This document shows positions 47,529 to 58,107 of a stretch of DNA of 64,000 nt, piece by piece. The DNA is from Azolla caroliniana (taxonomy: Eukaryota; Plantae; Polypodiophyta). The notes below the pieces were generated by a model. It ran no database searches. It was not told the origin of the DNA and saw only the letters and a program-made list of their open reading frames with translations. The position numbers were made by a program, and so were the translations under genes. The number at the start of each line of letters is the position of its first letter. Positions within the stretch are counted from its first letter, which is position 1. The stretch spans positions 2,604,001 to 2,668,000 of the forward strand of contig JBHGNT010000004.1 of the NCBI GenBank assembly GCA_043228905.1. Direction: 5' to 3'.

Positions 47529-50500
47529 TCAGAGCATGCGATCGGAGAGGGCGGGGAGGCGTCGGAAGAAGTTCATATGGACACCCGGGAGCTTATTACG
47601 GAATCGAGGGTGGCGGAGGATGAAAAACCCGAAGAGGAGGGCAACAATACGGAAAGGGGTGACATAGAGCAAGAGGGCGGCCACGAGACAAAACAGGATG
47701 AAGACGGAGGTTGCACGCGGGTCACGCCACGAGAGCAGTGCCTGCAGGCGCTCCCCCTGGGTGGCCATATCACCGAGAACTGTTTGAATACGGCCCGAGA
47801 CGGCCCGGAGCCGATCGTAACGACCCTTCACGACCTCTTGAGTCTTGGAAGTAGGAATCGTGTCAAACTCTTCATCGAGCTCATCCGGGTCGGCAGCATC
47901 TGCATGGGAGAGGCGTGGGTCCATGTGAGGCGGATGCCTAGGCCGGAACCTGTAGTGCCATGAGCCGATGAGGAACATGTAGAGGAAGAGGGTCGGCAAT
48001 ATAAGCTCCGGGTACATCACCAATATGAGGAAGAGGAAATGCACCAAGACTGTGGTGAGAGGATTCTTCCAGTGGCAAATGTCCGAGAACCACCGCCCGA
48101 TCGCAATCATTCCCGAGAGGACACCCAGTATTCGGAACCAGTTCGCCTTGCTCTTCCTCATGCTCCACAGGTTGCTATCCACATCCAGCATGTATTGAAC
48201 CACTTCGGTTCGAAATGGTGGCTCTGCTCTGGTCAGACGAGCAGCCACGATTCTCATTGCGTGGTTTCGAAGCACCTCTAGCTGAGCCACCCCTAAGGGA
48301 TGAAGATAATGCATTTTGGGTAGAAGCGGGCGAGTATAGCACGCGAGAACATTCACCATCGAAGAAGAAGTAGAGAAGCGAACTGCGAGCTCGAGGTCTC
48401 CCATCTTTTTTACCCCAGAAGGCTGAAGGAGCAGGAGGGGATAAGCATGAGTGTACACACGATCACTCTCAAGTGTAGAAAGCCGTATTCTTACTTTCCC
48501 TATCCTTGCATCTCTACCTTTGGCTGCATCAGCTCCTCCATTACTATTTAAATGGGAGTTATCGAAAACTCCTACAGTTAATACTGTGCACGGGTCATAA
48601 ACTTCCCACGTATACTGCTCATTCCATCTTGGAGCAAAGCTATCCACCACAGTTCTACTTCTCACCCACTTCTCCCCATATTTGGCCACTACATATGCAT
48701 CGGTTGTTCCTCTTTGATCCTTATTCTTCATCGGGAGGAAGCCAGAGCCACCCAAAATGCCAAGCTCAAGAACCCCGATGGGTGGCTTCCAGATAGACTT
48801 CGCACTCGGCCTCATATCACTACTATAATGAGTGGACTCATCCAACACATGGTAACCTCCATCCAAGCAAACTCTAAGATGAACTCTACTCATGAATTTT
48901 CCTCCAGCGTCCTTTGGCTTAGGTGGGCTATTCGGATTAGGTTGCCCTTCCACTGGCTTCTCTTGAACTGTATGCTTCTCAAGATTATACCAGCGAGAGC
49001 TAACTTGTCTATGATCCGCTCGTCTCTCTACTGTTGCTATAGGGATGTGAATTTTCCCGAGTATTTGGTCCTTGTTAGGGCCCACTCTATCTTCTACCGA
49101 AAGAATCAATGGATCCTCAAATGGCTCAGCAGCTACAAATAGAAGATCTTCATTCCAAAAGGGGTTGCTTGACCGGCTAGTGGAAAACCTCGTCATCGCA
49201 ATCTGAAAACCAAGCTGGGCTTTCAACCGCACTTCAGGAAGCCGACTTTTATCTCCGGGAAGAAGCAAGTCTTGTGCTTCTATAACATTCACCCGAAGGT
49301 ACCATAGCCGAGGTGACAAGTAGACTTTCGATTTTGCCAAAGGATGTCCACCCGAATCAGATTGCCAAGCTTCAGGAAACGCTTCATCAGCTTGTGTTCC
49401 TCTCCACACCGATACCATAATCTCTCCTAAATTCGATTGATTTCCACCTTTCTTGTTCTCCAGCTTATACCATTGAGGAGCCAATGGGCTATCTGGAGGG
49501 ACACGTATTGGAACCTCGGCAATATCAAAGGCTATGAAGCCAAGAAAATCATCTTTCAATGTATCCTTATCTTTCACTGTGACCTCGAGCAATGGAGCCT
49601 GGAACTTATCTTTACCGAATGCAAACACTTGATTCCATTCAGGATTGAGGTTCTTATCAACAACCCGAGTTTTTGCTGTGAGGTTACCCACTTTGATGAG
49701 AACATAAGGATCAGAGCTTGATGTAAGAACATCTTTAGCAAGTAAACCTTTGGCTTTCACCACTTTGACATAGAGATACTCCATTCTTTCAACAAGGTCA
49801 TAAGTGCTGCTCCCTTTCTCAGCCTTTCTAGCTGTGGCTGAAAGCTTTGGTTTTGTTTCTTTAAGGTTGAAATCGGAAGGAGCATTTGTTGAGCCATTTG
49901 ACGGAGCCCTACCACCCGCTGTCATAGTAGCTGAAGAAGAGTACGTATTAAACGAAGAAGATGGCAATGATGACGAGGAAGAGCCTTGAAGATAATGAAC
50001 TTTCTTAGGCTCGAAGAATTGTTGCTGAGGGTAGAAAAACTGTGATTGCGCAGCAATGGCAGCAGCTTTCTTCTCAAAGTAAGAAGAATCTTCAAGAACC
50101 ACAACTGATGGCAGTGACAATGCTTCAGGAACTTGCTTGTTCTCTTCTGAAGAAATCAAACTAGACGTAGCAGTAGGCTTTGCTTCCCCTTTGCTCTTTG
50201 ATTTGCTGTTACCTTCTTGTGTATATGGAGATGAAGCAGCAGTTGATCTTAAGTCTCGCAACTCTCTATAGAAGATCTTGAGAGAAATCTCTCCTCTTAT
50301 GTTAGAAAATAAGCTTCTTTTATCCAAAGGATGCACCACAACACAAGCTAACGCTTCAGAAACAAGAGCTAATTTCCCTTGAATTCGAACACGACCAAGG
50401 AAGTGACCTCTTCCGTGTTTCTTATCGTTATAAACGTTGATGTCGATAACCTCGTCTTCAAGAACAGACGTGTCACCAATGTGAAACAGAAGCTCTTCTT

Positions 50501-50663
50501 TCCATACAGGGTTTAGATCTCTTGATATAGTCTTCGTTTTCCTTCTCTGGTTGTCTAATTCTACCTCCACATATGCACTTGCCGAACCCTGTCCATCTTT
50601 AGGCATTAGATTCTTCGCATTACATACTTCCACTACTACCGTACAAGATCTCATTAACACCAT
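47529..50663 (-). CDS. MCTP: Multiple C2 domain and transmembrane region protein (MCTP; QUIRKY/FTIP1 family), 1044 aa, intronless CDS
   Basis: Four C2 domains (NLMPKDGQGSASAYVEV; STYDLVERMEYLYVKVVKA; SKVYLSPRLWYLRVNVIEAQDL; GTTDAYVVAKYG…PRWNEQYTW) and a PRT_C region (DELDEEFDT…RYDRLR…ATQGERLQALLSWRDPRAT…NFFRRLP). Probable 5' UTR intron at 50666-51318. Confidence 0.97.
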   Translation of the reverse strand: MVLMRSCTVVVEVCNAKNLMPKDGQGSASAYVEVELDNQRRKTKTISRDLNPVWKEELLFHIGDTSVLEDEVIDINVYNDKKHGRGHFLGRVRIQGKLALVSEALACVVVHPLDKRSLFSNIRGEISLKIFYRELRDLRSTAASSPYTQEGNSKSKSKGEAKPTATSSLISSEENKQVPEALSLPSVVVLEDSSYFEKKAAAIAAQSQFFYPQQQFFEPKKVHYLQGSSSSSLPSSSFNTYSSSATMTAGGRAPSNGSTNAPSDFNLKETKPKLSATARKAEKGSSTYDLVERMEYLYVKVVKAKGLLAKDVLTSSSDPYVLIKVGNLTAKTRVVDKNLNPEWNQVFAFGKDKFQAPLLEVTVKDKDTLKDDFLGFIAFDIAEVPIRVPPDSPLAPQWYKLENKKGGNQSNLGEIMVSVWRGTQADEAFPEAWQSDSGGHPLAKSKVYLSPRLWYLRVNVIEAQDLLLPGDKSRLPEVRLKAQLGFQIAMTRFSTSRSSNPFWNEDLLFVAAEPFEDPLILSVEDRVGPNKDQILGKIHIPIATVERRADHRQVSSRWYNLEKHTVQEKPVEGQPNPNSPPKPKDAGGKFMSRVHLRVCLDGGYHVLDESTHYSSDMRPSAKSIWKPPIGVLELGILGGSGFLPMKNKDQRGTTDAYVVAKYGEKWVRSRTVVDSFAPRWNEQYTWEVYDPCTVLTVGVFDNSHLNSNGGADAAKGRDARIGKVRIRLSTLESDRVYTHAYPLLLLQPSGVKKMGDLELAVRFSTSSSMVNVLACYTRPLLPKMHYLHPLGVAQLEVLRNHAMRIVAARLTRAEPPFRTEVVQYMLDVDSNLWSMRKSKANWFRILGVLSGMIAIGRWFSDICHWKNPLTTVLVHFLFLILVMYPELILPTLFLYMFLIGSWHYRFRPRHPPHMDPRLSHADAADPDELDEEFDTIPTSKTQEVVKGRYDRLRAVSGRIQTVLGDMATQGERLQALLSWRDPRATSVFILFCLVAALLLYVTPFRIVALLFGFFILRHPRFRNKLPGVHMNFFRRLPALSDRML

Positions 50664-51790
50664 GACTAAAAATTAATATTTTAGGCAAGAAAGCTTAACA
50701 ACAGTAGATTAAAGGAAAGGTTTATGTAAAACTAATAGTGATTCAAATAAAATTAAGCAATTCGATTATGCAAAGCCTAAGAGTGCGTTAAGAAAGTCTA
50801 AAAATGTTGTAATAAAAACGTAACAGGGTGTCAAGTAAGTGTCAACAATGCATTAAGCAAAGCTTGAGGGTGGATTATGCAAGACTATGTTTGCAGAATG
50901 CAATACCAAGAGGTAGATATAAGATTAGCAGTGAACTAAAAAAGATTAATTTGGTAGACTTAGCTCACGAGTTTTGTCTAAATGTAGGATTCAGAGTATA
51001 ATGTTGATTAAGAAGCCATGGCAAAGACTGACAGCAGACAAAGAAGCAAACAACGCCGAATAAGTCACAATAAGCCTAATATGGGATTACGGGAGACAAA
51101 CTGTGCATTAAGGCAAGTTAACTGTGAATTAAACATCTTCTAGGTTGGCAAAAAAACTGATTCCTCAAAACTGTGCTTTCTTAAGAATAATGTGCACTTG
51201 ATTGAATATTAGCCATTTTAAACTACAGAAGTGCAAGAGAGTAATCTACTTCATATATCTACTAATTCCCTTCTCTCCCTCCTCTACCCAAACACAGTCT
51301 GAACGTCATTCTTCTTACCTGTTTAAGCTTCTCTTTTGTTCTGAGGAAGAAGAATATGCTTTCTTTTTCTTCAGTAGTCTCTCTCTATCTGTTTTCCACC
51401 GGGGCGGCAACAATGAGTACTTTGTCGATGCTTTCTTTTTCACTTCTTCTTCTTCTTCTTCTTCTTTACTTCTCCTCCTTGCAGAAATGGCTCTCTCTCC
51501 CACACATAGAAAAGAAAAGGAAGTATGGCGAGAAAGAAAGCGAGACTTAGATGAAAAGAAGAGAAAAGATTTCTTCGACCCTACTCTACAACGAAAAATG
51601 GAACCCTAAAGCTTCTTTCTATCTTTCTGCTGTCTACTGTTTGTGGAGAGAATGATTATGAGCGAAGAAAAGTGAGAACTCTGTGAGAGACGAAGAAGAC
51701 GAAGGGGAAGAAGAAGTATCGAGTGATGAAGTAAAGCGCGAGGCAAAGGGTTTGAAGGATGAAGCCTTGAGAAAGAAAGGAAGGTGAACC

Positions 51791-52584
51791 TAACCATGGT
51801 TAGAATATAACCACGGTTAGTCACTTAACCATAGTTAGCTGAGTTCCAACCCCCCCTCCCGTGCTCCCATGTTTTTTTTATCAATAATGGTTACCTTATT
51901 TTTCGATGTTGTTGCCATTGTTTTCTAACCCTGGTTAGGTTAAGTACTGAAACAGTGAGAACAGAAGTTGACTTAACCATAGTTAGCTGAGTTCCCACCC
52001 TCCGGAGTCCGTGCTCCCATTTCTTTATTTAATCATGGTTATCTTATTTTTCGATGTTGCCATTGTTGCCTAACCCTGGTTAGGTTAAATACTGAAACAA
52101 TGAGAATAGAAGTTGACTTAACCATGGTTACTTTTGAGTTGATTCGTTACATACAGGCTAGCACATTCTCCAGTCCCGTTGGTTGACTCTAGTTTTAGTT
52201 TACTTTTTATCGAATTTATGTTATGTATGTATGTATGTATGTATGCGCCATTCATTAATTAGTTGGTCCATCAGTCAGCAGAGCCGAATTGCTGACCAGG
52301 CTAGGCGTCACAACTGAAGTTCCCATTCATTAACCATGGTTAACAGCTTCTCGTTAATGGGTTATTATTAACCGGATGGCTAATTGGTGAGTCTCTAACC
52401 GCGGTTACATTTGGTGGTGAGCCATGTACGTGGGTGAGCTGAGCGTCGTCATTGTAACTAACCATGGTTAGATTAAGGTGTGTGGAGGAATGAAGCCAAC
52501 CATGGTTAGGTTTTAAGGCTGTAAAGGAACGCATCTAACCATGGTTAGATTGAGGTTGTGAAGGAAGGAATGTAACCATGGTTA
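51791..52584. promoter_or_regulatory. Cluster of about 14 palindromic TAACCNNGGTTA motifs upstream of MCTP
   Basis: Exact TAACCATGGTTA at 51791, 52119, 52331, 52459, 52536 and 52573. Centre variants at 51808, 51926, 52071 and 52396. One-mismatch copies at 51826, 51974, 52030 and 52497. Confidence 0.6.
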
Positions 52585-55500
52585 AGGGGAAACCTTTGTT
52601 ATTTGTTTTGTGCACATTATTTTCTATACGTTAGCTTTTGCAGGTGGGGGGGGGGAGAAAAAAAAGAAAGGGAAGGATGTGTACCTTTTTCTTTGGTTTT
52701 TCTTTTTTGTGTTTAAATCTCATTTATGAGAAATACACTAAAATAAATGTTTCTTCGAAATAAGAGAGCAAATGAAGCGCAACTTTTTCCTCGGAATGTA
52801 GAGAAAGTAACAACAACAACAAAAAAGAAAAAAGAGAAGAAGAAGCCCAAGGATTTCGATTCATTCAAACGGATCTATTTCTTTTCACTTCCTCCCAAAA
52901 CAAACCAAAATAAAAAACAAAGGCTTTTTGTTTGGTGCTACATTCTATTGGCACACATGAGAGAGAGAGAGAGTCCAGACACTTGATTTTGGCCTCTTTG
53001 GTTCATTATAATAAGATTCTTCTCGACTCCTCTCCGAGACCGATTATTCGTTGCTTTGGTCGAAGCATCTCCTTCTTCATCATCATCATGTTTATTTATG
53101 TGTCTAGTTCACATGGTTGCCGCGTTGTATCGGTCTCTCGTGTTCATATATATTTGTGAGTTTGTTTCTGTCACCCCCTCCCCCTTCCTATACAGATCAT
53201 TAGAAAAAAAAGCACAATGGTGTGTGAATGAATGCGTGCCTATTTGTGCCTCTTGGAAATGCTTTACCATTGATGTTTGATCATAGAAAGGCCCAAGTAG
53301 ACCCTCAGTGGGGGTTGGTTTTATACACACCAACCTTCATCATCCCATTGTCATCATCAATAAGGCTACACATTATGATGCAGTTTGTGTATGTCTTTGC
53401 CTTGCCCATTCACAGTGTTATGTTTTTCTACTTGATGACAACCGGAGACAAGCAAAATGCCTCGTTTTCACAATGTCTGTTGCCCTCCCCCCTTTGTAGC
53501 TTATTCTTCTACATTACAAGTGGGTTTACTCAAATTTGGTTGAGAAATACATATACAATTGTATCCATATTGAATTTATGAGAGTATTTCATCTTCTAGT
53601 TTCGAAGATAGTAACTTTCATAATGCTTGAAGGGCAAAATTAGAGTCATAAAAACTGAGAAACAAATGAGGCCATTGTTTTTACACGAAGAACTTTATTA
53701 GGGCTACGATAGATTAATGTTACATGAATGGCACCAAACTTCTTTACTTTTCTATTCTGGATTTGTGTTTGGGAGAATACTAGATTTGCTTTCACATTGC
53801 ATGACCAATATATCTTGCATTGCAATATTCTATTGGGTCTGCATACAATGAGGCAATCACTAAAAAGGGCCAAAAACCAGAGAACTTACTCATTTAATGC
53901 AGAATTTGAACCTTACATGTCGCTAAAATAGGTTCAAACCACTGCTTTGGGATTTTGTTTAGGTACCATTGTTTTCCATGTACTCTTTGGGAACAACACT
54001 TTGTATTATGTTGTTGGCTAATGTTAATTGAACCTTGAGTGTATTTGGAAAATCGTTTATCTAAGTCATACACGCTTATTATTCATTGATTCAATACATT
54101 AAATGATCAAGTTATGCCTATTTGTTAATGATCATTGAAAGTCAGTGCTTTCATTGTTTACATCAAAAGTCTCAACGAAGATTGTTGGAAGTTGGAACCA
54201 AATTTTCCTTTTTAGAAAAGCACACTTTTAAAGATCGAGCATAAATATTCCCCATGCCTTCTCTTTGAACCATCATTGTTCTTTTGATGTCCTTGCTCTC
54301 CATTAAATTATAGTGCCCAACATGTCTTGTGAGTTTGAATGATGCTAAAATTCCTACTCTTGACATGTTGAATTGCTCCATCTGCCCATTGTCAGATGGA
54401 ATTGTCGTTATTAAATAGCTTTCAAAAAATATCCATCAAGTCACCTACAAAAGGCATTTTCATAAAACATGGATGTATTCATAGAATTACCATAGTATGT
54501 ATGTAAAATTTGCATAGACTATTCTAAACATCCACCCCCATCAACATTCACACGTTCATAATTCAGAACCTCTAGTTACTATAGCCTAGTAAGAGAGGGC
54601 AACAATCTTTGCTCGTAATATTTGTGTTAAGCTCAAAAGGTAGATTATTCATAAAGTCCTATCACACATTTCATTTATAGAGAATAATAGTGTGGTGTTC
54701 TTGGTGGTGTTTCCCATTTATCATTACAACTCTAAGCCTCAAAAGGTTTCACCATATCTAAGCATGTACAAGTTTTTGGATTGAACATGATGGCACACAA
54801 TCTATTGAGAGCAACAATTGCTTTGTGTTTGAATGATTATGAGCTTTCGGGCTAATGGATAACTTGGCAACAAAGCATAAAAACTTTGTTATATTGCAAG
54901 ACTAGAGCCTTGTGTTGCTAAGTCTTCGCATGAAATGAAACTTTTGGAGTGTTCATATTTTGATGGTTGAATTCTACATTAACCTACCCTTTACACAATA
55001 GTTACAAGGATAATGTCGATATGCTATCCATTCTTACATTTTGACGTTAAACTCAATAACTAATACTAATGTATGGACGTGATTTTTGCATTTCCCAAAC
55101 ACAATAGCAATACTCTTTTCTAAGTTTTGGCTAAGATAAACCACAAAGAGGAACTTTTGGCAATTTTTACATAAAAATGAGTAAAATCATGTTTTTGGCC
55201 CATGCTTGATCAAAATGGCATTTGAGATTACCAAAATTCTGATGTATTTGGATAGTGTGCTCCAAATTATACTTAACACCCACCAAAGTGTGAATTCTTA
55301 TCCCATGAAATGTTTGAAACATGGTAAATATTACAACCATCACGTCATGATATATTTGAATGTTTTCTAAATAACGTGATATAGCTATACAAACCTCGAA
55401 TGCTAACATCTCCTAGCCTCTATCACAATCACAAGAGTCAATGTTATTTTATTTTTGAAATCGAACTCTAGCATATCAGTCTTTCTCCAACATCTCAAAA

Positions 55501-56610
55501 CTGTATCAATGGGCATCCCATATTTAAAAAGGTCAATACTGAGGAAAGATGTTCGTTTTCTTGATGTTGCATGTCTGTTACCTTGATGGTTGGTTTGAAA
55601 TTTGAATTGTTGAGATGTCAATTTCGTTTTCTTTATTGTCAAGAATTTCCATACTCATTCAAATTTCGAATATTTGACCTCCCCTCCAATGTTTTGTGCA
55701 TCATTTCATGTTCTAAGTATCTTCTTCTTTTTTGTCCCAGTATATTATTGTCTCTCACAAAAGTTACTACGATGTGCTTACCATTTTTTAAGGAATATAA
55801 ATGACAAGTTCAAATAAATTCAACTCACAAATAGACGGTGATCAATGGTGAAAAAGAGCAAGGACAATATCAAGAATAAAGTATACTTGGTGCAAACTTT
55901 TGGATTACAATGTCTCCATTTTGTAGAAAGTCATAACAAGAGACCATAGTAGAACTTGCTTAATAACATTGGTGACGATAAATTGAAGAGATCAAGATTT
56001 GAAAGAAGAGCAAAATGTACACTCATATGCATGTATATACAAAGAAACACATGTATCTACATCCAAATGAGTACATGGTCAAATAACTTTTTTCCCAAGA
56101 AAGATATTCCGTTAGTATTAAGAAACACCCTAAGGCTTTACATGAAGTATGTCAATATAGTAATGACCCATGTGCTCACTTCTAACTCGCGACTTAAAGA
56201 GGCAGAGGCGGGAGCAGACCAGGGCGTGAGTGAGCTGTCCCACAAAGTAAGAGCGCAGGAGGGAGGTTGGTCCGCTCTTCTGCGGCTGGTGGCTGTTCTG
56301 CGACCGCCGCTTCAGCAAACTTGCAGGCAGGAGCGGACCATGCGGCATGTCGTGAGAAGGAATTGAGGAGCAGCCCCACAAAAGCGAGTGAGAAATAGCA
56401 GCTAGCGCAAGAGGGAGTTTCGGCCACTCATCAACGACTAGTGATTGTTCTACGGCCACCACTTCAACACACTTGCCGTCAGGTACACACCGCAATACCT
56501 GCCCCCAAATAATAATGAAAAAATTTTAAAAAATGAAAAAAGATAGAAAAGGGGGGGGGGGGGGGGGAGAGGAAGACAAAGAACTAAAAAATCAGAACCT
56601 ATAGCTTGAC

Positions 56611-58107
56611 ATGGTGGGAGGATCCGAACTTCCAACTAATGTGGGGGGATGCTCCGAACTCCCAACAGACCCTAGTTCGCTACAAGGAGAAGGAAGTATA
56701 GATTTAGACATCACCTTGTCCCCGGAGGCCAACCGACTCTTAGGGGAGGAAATCGAACGCCTACGACGTACGTCCTTTGTATGTAGGTTTCTCGCAGGTA
56801 GACCAAATCGTGGCATGGTTCGGGACATGCTCCAAGTGGCTGTGATGGAGAACATGCCATTGATCAAGAGTGTCAGGGGTTTAGGGAAAAATTTCTTCCA
56901 CATTGAATTGGGTGATGATTCGTTGGCGCAACCATTGGTAGAGCTCAAGGTACTTGAATTGAAGTACGGCAAGGTGTTGCTCCAGCCATGGTCACCAGGG
57001 TTTGATCCAAGTGAAGAGTTACGAAAACTTAACAACCCTAGGGTGATCACCACAACATTTCATGGCCTCCCTCCCCATTTGTGCCATTTGCTTCCTTTTT
57101 TTGGTGAACAGATAGGGACGATTTTCCCTCAAAAAATGTCTATGGCAGACACAATCGCGGAGGTGCCTAAGGTGCGTATCTTAGTGCCTTCCCTCCATGG
57201 ATTGCCAACAAGAATTAGGCTCTACTATGAAGAGCTACATCTCACAGTGGTGAAAGTGGTTTACGAGGGACTCCCTGGACAGTGTTTTATTTGCAAACAG
57301 AAAGGACACCTAGCTAAGAATTGTCCTCGTAAGACTGGAAAGGGAAGCTCGGGACCTCAAGACTCTAGGAAGACTACGTCAACCAAGGGTGACGAGGCTC
57401 CTTGGCAGCCCGTCAAGAAGAAGGGGAAACCTAGAAGCCTAGGTGTGGCCTCCCCCCCCTCTCAAGGCCTTCCCTTTGACCACAGTCCCACTACAGTGTT
57501 ACCAACAAGTGCGAACGAGCAGCCCTCGAAACGGGTGAAGATCCTCTCAGGGAGTGCAGAAGCACACGACCTAAAGGGGAGGGCTACCAACAGATTTACA
57601 TTGCTCCAAGGGCTAGGAGAGGACAACCCAGAAGCGTTGGTAGCAACATTGTCCCCTTGTGACTCTTAGTCCCTTCCCCCACACAATCCTCATCTCCTGT
57701 TCCCCTCCCTGATGGAGTTGCAACCACATCGTGTACTTTCCACCCCAGAGGAGATGTTGGCTAAGGCCTCCCCCATGATGGAACATGAATGTGGTGGTGA
57801 CCTCAGATTATTGAAATCGTGGATCCGGACGAGCAAGATCAAGGGCAAAGGGAAGGGAAGTACAGGCAAACCATCATTTGGTTTGGTGAGGGCTATTTGG
57901 GATAAAGGGATGCAGGTTGGACAACCACTCAGGAGCCAAAACGTATCGCAAGAACTATTTGAAGTGGGCTGGGATCAACAAGCCGAGAACCCCTTAGGGG
58001 CTCTTCAGCCTTTGCAGGAGCCCATAGCCCTAGAAATAGGCGTTAGTTTGCCCCATGACAGGGGGGTCAACCCGGACATGGGCGTCAACCTCACCGTTTT
58101 CGGATGA
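56611..58107 (+). pseudogene. LINE ORF1 (DUF4283-like + CCHC knuckle), one internal stop
   Basis: ORFs 56611-57669 and 57712-58107 share a frame; GKNFFHIEL…PWSPGFDP and CFICKQKGHLAKNC. Confidence 0.85.

Noticed and set aside
51315-51503. Possible N-terminal extension exon of MCTP
   Set aside because: It starts at GTG, and splicing 51318 to 50666 puts it out of frame with the MCTP ATG; treated as 5' UTR.
52459-52584. CRISPR-like periodicity (12-bp palindrome every 37-39 bp)
   Set aside because: The spacers resemble each other (degenerate tandem repeat), the repeat is too short, no cas genes are present and the context is eukaryotic.
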